The position numbers and the translations under genes are program-made. Under the pieces are notes generated by a model. It searched no databases. It was not told where the DNA came from and saw only the letters and a list, made by a program, of their open reading frames with translations. Of a stretch of 64,000 bases of DNA, positions 39,665 to 49,148 are shown piece after piece (positions within the stretch are counted from its first letter, which is position 1; every line of letters starts with the position of its first letter). The stretch comes from a virus (lineage: Duplodnaviria > Caudoviricetes). The stretch is taken from positions 1 to 64,000 of the IMG/VR virus record IMGVR_UViG_3300033070_001161; one strand, 5' to 3'.

Positions 39665-39678
39665 AAAAAAATAACTAT

Positions 39679-40452
39679 ATGAAGGTTTGTTGGGTAACTT
39701 GTTTTGCAGGAAGACACGATAAAGTAGAAAGAGTAATCAAATGTTTTATGGATCAGGTATATGACGATTATATGTACCTACTACTTTATAATAATTCAAA
39801 AAATCATCAATTTCTAGATTTTATAGAAATGCCTGAAAATAAACAAATTATATTAGTTAATAACTATTTGGACAAAGAATCAGGTAGTGAATATACCAAT
39901 ACAGGAGCAATATTTAGAGACGCTCTTACATTCGTACCAGAAGATGTAAATATTATTAATTTTGCAGATAGTGACGATATATTCCTACCAAACCATACAA
40001 AAGAAGGAGTAAAGGGATATAAAGATGCAATTTCTATAAATCCTGCTTTTAAAGCATATAAACCATTTTTTTCATATTATTTACATGATGATAATCAAGT
40101 AGATAAAGCTCACAATAATATGGAGCCTTCAATTTTTGTTAATTTTGATTATGTAAAAAATACAGGTTTTTATTATGTTCCTGCATCATATCATCAAAAA
40201 TGGTTAACTCCTTTACAGAAGAACTATAATATATACCAACCTTTAAAAGGTGTACCTACATTCCTATATTGTTGGGAATCAGGTCATAATACACATAAAA
40301 TATCAGGACTTGGAGATCACGCTGATAATTTTACAAATCATCGAAAATTTGAAGTAGATGATGGTGATAGTGTACTATCTCCGGCTTTAAACTACGAAGT
40401 GGAGAAATATTATACATTAATAAAACAGAAACAAATTGCCAATTTTAAATAA
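39679..40452 (+). CDS. GT-A fold glycosyltransferase (GT2-like)
   Basis: N-terminal VTCFAGR..VERVIKCFMDQ, FADSDDIFLPNH DxD motif; start at ATG 39679 preferred. Confidence 0.75.
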   Translation: MKVCWVTCFAGRHDKVERVIKCFMDQVYDDYMYLLLYNNSKNHQFLDFIEMPENKQIILVNNYLDKESGSEYTNTGAIFRDALTFVPEDVNIINFADSDDIFLPNHTKEGVKGYKDAISINPAFKAYKPFFSYYLHDDNQVDKAHNNMEPSIFVNFDYVKNTGFYYVPASYHQKWLTPLQKNYNIYQPLKGVPTFLYCWESGHNTHKISGLGDHADNFTNHRKFEVDDGDSVLSPALNYEVEKYYTLIKQKQIANFK

Positions 40453-43400
40453 TTTCGGTCCTATTATTATATCTAGTACAAATTCTAGCTCAATTACATT
40501 AGATAATTGTGCTGTAGAAAATGTTATGGGTATAGGTAGTGCTAAAATATACGTTAATAATAAAATGACGGTTCTTGGAAAAGTTAAATTCCAGAACTCA
40601 AATAATGTATCTTTTGGCATGAATGGATCAGTTATTACGGCTTCTGCACTAGCGGGATCAGGTGCAAACTTTGTATTAAGTAATACCAATGGTATAAGTT
40701 TTGGTACGGCAGGTAGTGTTGTAACAGCAAGTTATACAGTTCCTACAGACTATTTTTCTTCAAATCAGTCTACTCTTTTACAACTTACTGCAAATAATAG
40801 TTTATCTTTAGGTACTAGTTATACTTCCCACACACATAGTCAATATTTAAATACATCTCAATCCACTCTGTTTTTAACCAATCAGAGTGTGCAACCTATT
40901 TCTATATCTGCATCTAATGGATCAACAACCCTGATTTCATTACAACTTGGTACTGAAAATGGTCTTACTTTATATCATAGTAATGGTTCTATATTAGGTA
41001 GTTATACAGATGGGGGCGGTGGAGGTGCAGATGGCATTAATAGAATATCAGCAGGTACGCAAATAGCAGGACTTACACAAACAGTAGTACTAAGTAATTC
41101 TAACAATGTAAGTTTTGGAATGAATGGTAATTCAGTGGTTACTGCTTCTGCAAGTTATTCACAACCAACAGATTATATATCAACTGCTCAAAGCAGTTTG
41201 TTCCAACAGACATCATTAATGTCTAATTATTTAGGAACAGAATATACATCACATAGTCATTCTCAGTATTTAAATACATCTCAAAGTAGCTTATTTCAGG
41301 CAACTTCTGATAATTCATTATCTCTTGGTACTGAATATACATCCCACACACATAGTCAGTATGTAAACACTTCACAAAGTAGTCTTTTTCAACAGACATC
41401 TTTGATGAGTAATTATTTAAATACTTCACAATCATCTCTGTTTGAACAGAGTTCCCATACTACCATATTTTTAACTTCTCAAAGTGCTCAAGCATTTAGT
41501 GCTTCTGGAGGTTCTTCTACTTTTCAGACTCTTAATTTTGCAAACTCAAACGGGTTTACATTTAGCAATACTAATGGTAGTATTCGTGCAAGTTACACTG
41601 TACCAACAGATTATGTATCTACAAACCAAAGTAGTTTATTTGCTTTAACTGCAAATGATTCTCTTTCTTTAGGTACTGGATATACAACACATACACATTC
41701 ACAATATCTGAATACTTCTCAATCATCATTGTTTGAGCAGTCTTCTCATACAACTATTTTCCTGACAACTCAGAGTGGACAAGCATATTCTGCTGGTAAT
41801 GGAAGTAATACTTTCCAAACACTCTCTGTAGCTGATAGTAATGGTGTATCATTTTCTACTGGCACTCAAGGATTATATGCTACTGTAAGAACAAACTATG
41901 CATCTTCAGATCATAGTCATGGTAATCCTACTCTTGCTTTAACAAATTTAACTGGTACAACTGCTTCAAACTCAGGAGGTTTTACATTATCTTTATCTGC
42001 CGCAGCAGGCGGAGGGGGTGCTGATGGTTATAATATATTAGCTGCTGGTACACAAACAGCAACTACGGCAGGTACTGTTGTATTGTCAAATAGTAATGGT
42101 ATATCTTTTGGTATGAGTAATAGTAGTGTTATAACTGCTTCTTATACAGTGCCTACTGATTATGTATCAACAGCTCAATCCTCCCTATTTTTTCAAACAT
42201 CCAACTCATCTTTATTTGAGTTGTCATCTCATACAACTTTATTCCTTACTACTCAAAGTGGTCAGGCATTTAGCGCAAGTGGAGGATCGTCTACATTCCA
42301 AACATTATCATTTCAAGATAGTAATGGTGTATCTTTCAGTAATAATGCAGGTGCAATCAGAGTATCACACGCACTTCAATTTACAAGTAATACTTCTGCA
42401 ATTACAGCAAGTGCTTTAAATACCTCCCAGAGTAGTCTTTTTCAGCATACTTCTGCAACAAGTGCAATTACTTCAAATGCTTTAAATACATCACAAAGTT
42501 CATTATTTCAACATACTTCAGCTACTTCAGCAATAACCTCTAATGCATTGAATACCAGTGCTTCACGAGTTATTAATATTATAGCAGCAACTAATAATAC
42601 TGGTGGTGGTACAGCATCTTTATCAAGCAATGTATCCTTTAGCAATGCTAACGGTATGACATTTTATACATCTGCTGGTAGTGCTATAGTAGGTAGTTAT
42701 ACAGTGCCTACTCTTACAAACAGTTCGCTTACAATGCAAGCTGGAGCATCAACTCTTAGCTCTGTAAGTAGAATTGCTTTTGGGGATGGTAATGGAGTTT
42801 CATTTGGTGCGTCAACATCAAACAATGGTTCAATTACTATAACTGCATCAGTAGCAACAAGTTATGCAGCATCAAATCACTCACATGGCAATCCTACATT
42901 AGCTCTTACAAACTTATCTGGAAGTACAGCAAGTAATAGTGCAGGATTAACTCTTTCTTTGTCTGCTGCTGCACCGGGGGCCGGAGGTGGTATTGTATTA
43001 GCAAACTCACAAACCACATATACTTCAGGAACAGTTAATTTATCTGGAGCTGGAGCTATTACAATTCAGTCTACAACAGGACAAAGCTTCCAGATTAGTG
43101 TACCTGCAACATCTTCATTATCAGCCACTGGTATAATTTCCATTTCAACAAATGGGTCTACAGTGTCTATTGGAGCTTCTCAAAGTAACCAAAACATATC
43201 ATTATATGCTTTAGGAAACACTACTCAGAATTCTTCTACAGTGTTGAATGCCAGTGCTTTATCATTTAATGGACTTAATGGTGCTACAGTAGGATTCTCA
43301 AATGGTAGTATTCAAATTAGTGCAGCAACAGGCGGAACAGGAGGAGGTGGAGGAGGAATAGCCTTAGCTAACTCTCAGACTACTTATACTTCCGGTACAG

Positions 43401-44155
43401 CTCACTTATCTGGTGCAGGTGCTATTAGTGTTATATCTACCACTGGACAATCCTATATATTAAGTGCTCCCGGATCATCATCTATCTCTGGAACTGGTCA
43501 AGTATCTATTTCAGTAAATGGTTCTACTATTTCTATAGGAGTACCTAATGGTGAAACAAGAAGTTTTTATAATCCATATTCTGATATACCTATGGTTGCA
43601 GGTCAGGCTGGTCAGGGTACATTAAATATAAACCCTAACGATTTTCCCAATATTACATTTGATAGAATTTATATGCCAATAAATAATACAAATTCTTCAA
43701 ACTCTTCAGGATCACACACTTTATCTTTTTGGGTAGGATTATATACAAGAAATAACTCAACTTTATCTCTTGTGATGAGTGCATCACAATCATATACAAT
43801 TGTTCACTCTGGTACAGCAGGAAGTTATTCCTTATATTCAGGTATGCGACATGTAAGTATTCCATTAAGTTCATCTCTAAGTGAAGGTTTATATTTTGTA
43901 GGTATAGTCTCTCGTACAACATCTGGTGGAGCAAATGGATCATATTCTCAATTTGTAGCATCTAATATTAACTCTAACTTCTTAGGACATTTTGGTTCTT
44001 CTCATAATACAACATATCAGTTTAGACCCGGAATAGGTGTATATTCTGTTACAACTAGTGGTATACCTTCATCTATTGCAATTTCTCAACTTAGAGGTTC
44101 TGATTCACAAGGATTAAGACCTCCAGTATTAATTTTTGCAAATTCTACAATCTAA
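40436..44155 (+). CDS. Ser/Thr/Gly-rich repetitive fibre protein with HxH metal motifs
   Basis: 1239 aa, TTG start overlapping the GT stop; repeated NTSQSSLFQ, SNSNGxSFG, SYTVPTDY and SHGNPTLALTNL modules; six HxH motifs; very few charged residues. Confidence 0.7.
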   Translation: MPILNNFGPIIISSTNSSSITLDNCAVENVMGIGSAKIYVNNKMTVLGKVKFQNSNNVSFGMNGSVITASALAGSGANFVLSNTNGISFGTAGSVVTASYTVPTDYFSSNQSTLLQLTANNSLSLGTSYTSHTHSQYLNTSQSTLFLTNQSVQPISISASNGSTTLISLQLGTENGLTLYHSNGSILGSYTDGGGGGADGINRISAGTQIAGLTQTVVLSNSNNVSFGMNGNSVVTASASYSQPTDYISTAQSSLFQQTSLMSNYLGTEYTSHSHSQYLNTSQSSLFQATSDNSLSLGTEYTSHTHSQYVNTSQSSLFQQTSLMSNYLNTSQSSLFEQSSHTTIFLTSQSAQAFSASGGSSTFQTLNFANSNGFTFSNTNGSIRASYTVPTDYVSTNQSSLFALTANDSLSLGTGYTTHTHSQYLNTSQSSLFEQSSHTTIFLTTQSGQAYSAGNGSNTFQTLSVADSNGVSFSTGTQGLYATVRTNYASSDHSHGNPTLALTNLTGTTASNSGGFTLSLSAAAGGGGADGYNILAAGTQTATTAGTVVLSNSNGISFGMSNSSVITASYTVPTDYVSTAQSSLFFQTSNSSLFELSSHTTLFLTTQSGQAFSASGGSSTFQTLSFQDSNGVSFSNNAGAIRVSHALQFTSNTSAITASALNTSQSSLFQHTSATSAITSNALNTSQSSLFQHTSATSAITSNALNTSASRVINIIAATNNTGGGTASLSSNVSFSNANGMTFYTSAGSAIVGSYTVPTLTNSSLTMQAGASTLSSVSRIAFGDGNGVSFGASTSNNGSITITASVATSYAASNHSHGNPTLALTNLSGSTASNSAGLTLSLSAAAPGAGGGIVLANSQTTYTSGTVNLSGAGAITIQSTTGQSFQISVPATSSLSATGIISISTNGSTVSIGASQSNQNISLYALGNTTQNSSTVLNASALSFNGLNGATVGFSNGSIQISAATGGTGGGGGGIALANSQTTYTSGTAHLSGAGAISVISTTGQSYILSAPGSSSISGTGQVSISVNGSTISIGVPNGETRSFYNPYSDIPMVAGQAGQGTLNINPNDFPNITFDRIYMPINNTNSSNSSGSHTLSFWVGLYTRNNSTLSLVMSASQSYTIVHSGTAGSYSLYSGMRHVSIPLSSSLSEGLYFVGIVSRTTSGGANGSYSQFVASNINSNFLGHFGSSHNTTYQFRPGIGVYSVTTSGIPSSIAISQLRGSDSQGLRPPVLIFANSTI
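42413..42559 (+). repeat. In-frame 66-nt tandem repeat (ALNTSQSSLFQHTSATSAITSN x2 plus partial)
   Basis: Identical 22-aa units with synonymously diverged codons starting at 42413, 42479 and 42545. Confidence 0.85.
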
Positions 44156-44703
44156 TGGCAGGTACAGCAACTATATATTGGATATCACAATCAGCAGGAG
44201 GAGGAGGTTGTCCTTTTTTAGCAACTTCTTGGGTAGGTACTACAAACTGGCAGGAATCACCTACGGGTATATGGGGTCCTATATCACATCCTCCTAATGG
44301 TGAGGGTATGGTGAATGATAGTATTGCAGGTGACGGTTATATACAAGCAGAATATAACAATACAGATAATGAATCTACAGCCATATTCCTTACAACACTA
44401 GAATCTCCAACTACTCCATATTATGAAAATGTAGAATACGGACTGTATATAAATTCTGATGGTAATTACTGGAGTGCTACAGGAGGAGCAACATATACTG
44501 ATTTATCTGTTCTTGCAGTATCTGGCGATTTATTTAGAGTAATAAGAACAGGAACAACCATAAAAGGTCAGTATTATAGATCAGGTTCGTGGACTGATTT
44601 AGTGACATATACTACAGGAAGTACAGGAACTCTTTATTTAGGAGTATCGTCTGCCAATCCCGGTGTACCAAAATATTGTAGAAACCCAAAATATTGTAAT
44701 TAA
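44155..44703 (+). CDS. Small beta-rich virion/adhesion protein (lectin-like fold possible)
   Basis: Gly/Thr/Tyr-rich alternating beta pattern; overlapping stop/start coupling between fibre and lyase. Confidence 0.5.
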   Translation: MAGTATIYWISQSAGGGGCPFLATSWVGTTNWQESPTGIWGPISHPPNGEGMVNDSIAGDGYIQAEYNNTDNESTAIFLTTLESPTTPYYENVEYGLYINSDGNYWSATGGATYTDLSVLAVSGDLFRVIRTGTTIKGQYYRSGSWTDLVTYTTGSTGTLYLGVSSANPGVPKYCRNPKYCN

Positions 44704-46001
44704 TGGCAACCTATTATATTTCTCCTTCAGGTAATGATACAACAGGTTCTGGTACAATTGGAAGTCCTTGGTTTTCTTTAAATAAAGTATGGGCTTCTGC
44801 TGGATTAGTAGCAGGAGATACAGTTTATTTAAGGGGAGGAACTTATACATATACAATACAACAGTACTTAACTGGAAAAAATGGTTCATCTGGAAATACT
44901 ATAAAACTATATAATTATCCGGGAGAGGCTCCAGTAATTACCCGTGGTGCTAGTTTTGATAAGTCAGCAGGACACCATAGAGGAATGGTTTATTTAGAAG
45001 GCAACTACTTTCATGTAAAAGGAATTAGATTTACTGGAATGTATACAGATGATAATCAGGTAGATGCTGGTCTACAAACTTACAATGTAAATAACTGTAG
45101 ATTTGAATTACTGGAATGTGATAATAATGTAGAAGGAATGATCGTAGAGAATAATTCATCAGGAAATCTGATTATAAATTGTGATTTTCACGATAATTAC
45201 TCGAATTATAGTGGTACAAATGGTGGAAACTCAGATGGACTGGGTATAACTTATAATCTAAATGCATCAAGTACAAATACCGTAGAAGGATGTAGAGCTT
45301 GGAATAACGGGGATGACGGATTTGATACATTTGAATGTTTAGGATTTGTAACTTTTAGAAAATGTTGGTCATGGCACAATGGTTTTCAATATGGTACTAC
45401 TACTCCAGCAGGTAATGGGACAGGTTTTAAACTAGGTTCTGACTTCCTTGGCCCAAATCCGGGAGTTGTTAAACGTAGAATGGAAAACTGTATTGCATGG
45501 GATAACGGAGATTCTTCAGCATCAGGTGGTGCAGCAGGTGCTCACATTAATGAGGCAGAACATCTTGTAGAAATATATAACTGCACATTCTTTGATAATG
45601 GTATTACAGGATTCAATCTTCACTATAATAATGGTGCTCACGTACTTAGAAATGTAATATCTTTTAATAATGCCAGTAAGGATGTTGAAACCAGTACGAA
45701 TAGTAGCTCATTAACTTGTTCTTATGGAACTGGATCAAGTGACGCTTTATCAGGATGGACTCAAAATGCCACTACTGGAGATTTTGTATCAGTAACTCCT
45801 ACAGGAGTAAGTGGTGCTAGACAAGCTGGAGGTAGTCTACCAGTTGTAACATTTTTACATCTTACAGCAGGTAGCGATATGATAGATACAGGAACAAATG
45901 TAGGACTTACTTATATAGGTTCTCCAGATAGAGGAGCTTTTGAATATGGATTATCAGAACTTGAAAGCGGAAATAATGCCACTTTAGCATGGTTTTCTTA
46001 A
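44703..46001 (+). CDS. Right-handed beta-helix polysaccharide lyase (PL9-like) depolymerase
   Basis: YYISPSGND..G.GT..SPW, GDTVYLRGGTY, GNSDG, CRAWNNGDDGFD, GNGTGFKLG. Confidence 0.8.
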   Translation: MATYYISPSGNDTTGSGTIGSPWFSLNKVWASAGLVAGDTVYLRGGTYTYTIQQYLTGKNGSSGNTIKLYNYPGEAPVITRGASFDKSAGHHRGMVYLEGNYFHVKGIRFTGMYTDDNQVDAGLQTYNVNNCRFELLECDNNVEGMIVENNSSGNLIINCDFHDNYSNYSGTNGGNSDGLGITYNLNASSTNTVEGCRAWNNGDDGFDTFECLGFVTFRKCWSWHNGFQYGTTTPAGNGTGFKLGSDFLGPNPGVVKRRMENCIAWDNGDSSASGGAAGAHINEAEHLVEIYNCTFFDNGITGFNLHYNNGAHVLRNVISFNNASKDVETSTNSSSLTCSYGTGSSDALSGWTQNATTGDFVSVTPTGVSGARQAGGSLPVVTFLHLTAGSDMIDTGTNVGLTYIGSPDRGAFEYGLSELESGNNATLAWFS

Positions 46002-46007
46002 TAAAAA

Positions 46008-46040
46008 TTTGCTTTTTAACTAAATACTTATTATCTTTGC
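46008..46040 (+). promoter_or_regulatory. Bacteroidota-type promoter
   Basis: TTTG (46008-46011), N20, TATCTTTGC (46032-46040). Confidence 0.75.
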
Positions 46041-46060
46041 ACTAAAACCAAAAAATAAAG

Positions 46061-46795
46061 ATGGGTAACGAAGCTAAAATACATTTTGATCCTTTATATA
46101 GCTATGCAGGATATCATAATTCAAATCCTGAAACAAACAAAAGACTCTCAAAATCAAAAAGTTATGAAGATTTATCCACAATATGCATTGTACCTTGTGT
46201 AGGGGGAATTCCTCCAAAAATAGTACAATCGTGGAGAGGTATGATGACACCAATGAATCAGAGATTTATTATGATTATGGTGGAAAAAATGGAAGTGGGA
46301 CAGGCTTATTCAACTACAATTGAACAAATTCTTGCAAATCCTGAACTTTCTAAATGGAAATACATACTAACAATCGAGCATGATAATGCACCTCCTCCCG
46401 ATGGACTTCTCAAACTATATGAAAATATGGATAAATATGACGGTATAGGAGGATTGTATTTTACAAAAGGTGAAGCTGGTCAACCTATGTGTTATGGTAA
46501 ACCAAATTCATTTCCTGTTAATTTTATTCCATTTATGCCTGATCCTGAGACAGTTACACCATGTAGAGGTATCGCTATGGGATTTTCTCTTTTCAAAATG
46601 GAAATGTTTAAGGATAAACGTCTACCAAGACCTTTATTTGAAACAAAACAAGAGTATATTCCCGGAGTAGGTGCTCAAGCTTATACACAAGACCTCAAGT
46701 TTTGTGAGGAAGCAGGTAAATTGGGATATAAATTTGCTGTAGATTCAAGGGTTAAAGTAGGACATTACGATTACGCTAACGATTTTATGTGGTAG
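46061..46795 (+). CDS. GT-A fold glycosyltransferase (GT2-like)
   Basis: YILTIEHD, IGGLY, GIAMGFSLFK, TQDLKFC, VKVGH pattern. Confidence 0.7.
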   Translation: MGNEAKIHFDPLYSYAGYHNSNPETNKRLSKSKSYEDLSTICIVPCVGGIPPKIVQSWRGMMTPMNQRFIMIMVEKMEVGQAYSTTIEQILANPELSKWKYILTIEHDNAPPPDGLLKLYENMDKYDGIGGLYFTKGEAGQPMCYGKPNSFPVNFIPFMPDPETVTPCRGIAMGFSLFKMEMFKDKRLPRPLFETKQEYIPGVGAQAYTQDLKFCEEAGKLGYKFAVDSRVKVGHYDYANDFMW

Positions 46796-46824
46796 ATTAT
46801 TACTAATTAAAAACTAAAAAAAAA

Positions 46825-47010
46825 ATGGATATACAAAAACCTTACGTATTTTATGATCAATACGGTAATTTATGGGAATGTGAATTTGGTTCTTGTGATA
46901 TTTTACCAAATCCACAAAATATGTGGAATGGAATAGCACAAAGAATCAATTTGGAAGAAATGCAAAATGATCCTCATGAAAAAAATGTGAAAGTAAAAAC
47001 AAACCAATAA
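46825..47010 (+). CDS. Small hypothetical protein
   Basis: 61-aa ORF with an A-rich start context filling the gap between genes. Confidence 0.55.
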   Translation: MDIQKPYVFYDQYGNLWECEFGSCDILPNPQNMWNGIAQRINLEEMQNDPHEKNVKVKTNQ

Positions 47011-47013
47011 ATA

Positions 47014-47616
47014 ATGGCAAAAAAACAAACCAAAAAAGAAGAAAAAGTATCAGAGGTATTAGAAGTAGTACCTGTAAAACCAGTAAGAATTGACTTTGGC
47101 TGTGGTCAAAATTGTACAGTAGGTGAAGATGGTGAAAAATATATAGGAGTAGATTTTGTAAAATGTGAAGGTGTTGATATAGTGCATGATTTAACTAGTT
47201 TTCCTTATCCTTTTGAGGATAATAGTGTAGATGAAATCGTAAGTAGTCACTTTGTAGAACACCTTACAGGTGAAGATTTCATGAAACATATGGATGAATG
47301 TTGGAGGATTCTGAAACCTAATGGTAAAATGAGGCTCATACACCCTTATTGTTTTTCAGAAAGAGCTTTTCAGGACCCAACTCACAAGACATTTATTCCT
47401 GCTGCTCGTTATCTTTATTTTGATAAAAACTGGAGAGCAGTTAATAAATTAGATCATTACCCAATTAAGAGTGATTATAGTTTTGAAGTGCATGTATCAT
47501 TCCATAATGATAAAGGTGAAAATTGGACAATGAGAGAAGAAAAATTCAGAAATTTTGCTATGGCACATTATATTAATGTAGTAGCTGATCTGATTGTTTA
47601 CTTAACTAAACGCTAA
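47014..47616 (+). CDS. Class I SAM-dependent methyltransferase (Methyltransf_11-like)
   Basis: IDFGCG, YIGVD, DIVHDL...PFEDNSVDEI.SSHFVEHL, RILKPNG. Confidence 0.85.
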   Translation: MAKKQTKKEEKVSEVLEVVPVKPVRIDFGCGQNCTVGEDGEKYIGVDFVKCEGVDIVHDLTSFPYPFEDNSVDEIVSSHFVEHLTGEDFMKHMDECWRILKPNGKMRLIHPYCFSERAFQDPTHKTFIPAARYLYFDKNWRAVNKLDHYPIKSDYSFEVHVSFHNDKGENWTMREEKFRNFAMAHYINVVADLIVYLTKR

Positions 47617-47617
47617 T

Positions 47618-48724
47618 ATGAGAGAATATAGTATAATTTCATGCGTAGAGGATAATGAGCGATTTATTTGGGAAACTACTGTTCAATTACATAACGCTAG
47701 GAAATATAATCTTTCTGATAAATTCAGAATATTAGTATTTCTACCTGCTTATAATCTTTCCAAAGGAATATCGCCAAAATGGAAGCAATTAGCAGAAATA
47801 TTCAAAGAAACTAAATTCTTTTTCTTTGTAGATAAAAATGCAAAAGTTACAGATTTAGCAGTAGAATATCAATATATACCTATTCATAGGTTATCTTCAT
47901 TAGAACAACATTTTAAAGATTTTCCAGAGCTTGAAAAGCAAGCTATATTATATATAGATAGTGACGTTATTTTTACATCCACTCCTAAATTCTTAGATTA
48001 TTTAGATGATGATGTAAACTACCTTTCTGATACACGTACTTATTTAAATCATGAGTATCTTGTATCTAAAACAAAGGATGTAATTAAAGAAAAGCAGGAA
48101 GAATATACAAAAGCAAATATAATAGCTAAAGCAGTATCATTTGCAAAAATCACTGAAGAAGATTTAAAAGAACACAATGATAGCACCGGAGGAGCACATT
48201 ATTTATTTAAAAATATTACATCTAAATTCTTCTCCTCATGCATAGAAACATGTTTACTGGTAAGAATGTATTTTCAAATCGTAAATCAACAGTGGTTTCC
48301 CGGAGAGTTTCCTCAAGAAAAAGAAAACAACGGTATACAAAGTTGGTGCGCAGATATGTGGTCCATTCAATGGAATTTATGGAGATTCAAATTACCATCA
48401 GAAACACCAAGTTGGATGGACTTCGCTTGGGCCACAGAAGAAACATCCAAATTAGATAAGCGTTTCTGGATGCATAATGCAGGGGTTACAGCAGATTCAA
48501 AAATAAGAATAGTTGATAATTTAAAAACCAAAAAAGATGAAGCTGGAAATCCTATTATTATAGATGCTCCTGCTTTTTATAAAGAAGCTTACAAGAACAA
48601 ATCAGTATTTGACGATGTTGAAAATCTACAAAAAATAGTAAATCATCCTGAATCTTCTAAATATTGTACATCTGTATATGTTCAGGAAATTATAGATACA
48701 TACAATTCACTAATAAAAAAATAA
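47618..48724 (+). CDS. GT-A glycosyltransferase resembling peptide O-glycosyltransferases (GT96 SERGT1 / GT95 HPAT-like)
   Basis: RFIWETTVQLH, YIPI, LYIDSDVIF, GGAHYLF, SWCADMW and WMHNAG occur in the same order as SERGT1 motifs recalled from memory. Confidence 0.55.
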   Translation: MREYSIISCVEDNERFIWETTVQLHNARKYNLSDKFRILVFLPAYNLSKGISPKWKQLAEIFKETKFFFFVDKNAKVTDLAVEYQYIPIHRLSSLEQHFKDFPELEKQAILYIDSDVIFTSTPKFLDYLDDDVNYLSDTRTYLNHEYLVSKTKDVIKEKQEEYTKANIIAKAVSFAKITEEDLKEHNDSTGGAHYLFKNITSKFFSSCIETCLLVRMYFQIVNQQWFPGEFPQEKENNGIQSWCADMWSIQWNLWRFKLPSETPSWMDFAWATEETSKLDKRFWMHNAGVTADSKIRIVDNLKTKKDEAGNPIIIDAPAFYKEAYKNKSVFDDVENLQKIVNHPESSKYCTSVYVQEIIDTYNSLIKK

Positions 48725-48730
48725 ACAAAA

Positions 48731-49138
48731 ATGAATAACAGAACACGAATTTTTACACGTTTGGATGCCAAGAAAAACCGTATTCCCGGATCATCTGTAC
48801 AACGCAAAAGTATGCCTAAAGTGGGCGATTGGGTTGAAGAGGATGTTAACCTATGTTGTGCCCCATATGTATTACTTACTGCTACACCAGCAGATGTTAC
48901 AGATGATGTATTTAACGTAGTAATTTCATGTAGTGCTTCCCCTGTACTTACTCAGGTGGTAACACTCGCAGCAGCTACTACTACTATTCAAGAGGTAGTA
49001 GATGGATTAAACAGTAAAGCATCCCATCTTGGTGTATTCCAAGTAGACGGAAGTAATATACTTTTAAAGTTGAAGCAAGATATAGCAGATACACTTTGTA
49101 CAGATTCTGCAAATCTTACTTTAGCTATCACCGTATAA
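48731..49138 (+). CDS. Hypothetical, probable virion protein
   Basis: Basic N-terminus (R..PGS..R..MPKVG.W.E..CC) and beta-rich C-terminus. Confidence 0.5.
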   Translation: MNNRTRIFTRLDAKKNRIPGSSVQRKSMPKVGDWVEEDVNLCCAPYVLLTATPADVTDDVFNVVISCSASPVLTQVVTLAAATTTIQEVVDGLNSKASHLGVFQVDGSNILLKLKQDIADTLCTDSANLTLAITV

Positions 49139-49148
49139 ATAAACTTTT

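Noticed and set aside
40800-43000. CRISPR array or DGR template/variable repeat pair
   Set aside because: The repeats are in-frame protein repeats diverged at synonymous sites, not identical DNA repeats with spacers or adenine-specific mismatches; no reverse transcriptase or cas gene is present
40436-44155. Substrate of the host Bacteroidota D-(S/T)-hydrophobic O-glycosylation system
   Set aside because: Asp is rare, the sequon is not enriched, and there is no signal peptide to reach the periplasmic machinery
1112-44889. Numerous 60-160 aa antisense and alternate-frame ORFs inside long genes (also 54375-60982 on plus)
   Set aside because: They are shadow ORFs fully nested in well-supported CDSs, with Phe/Ile/Leu/Ser-biased antisense composition
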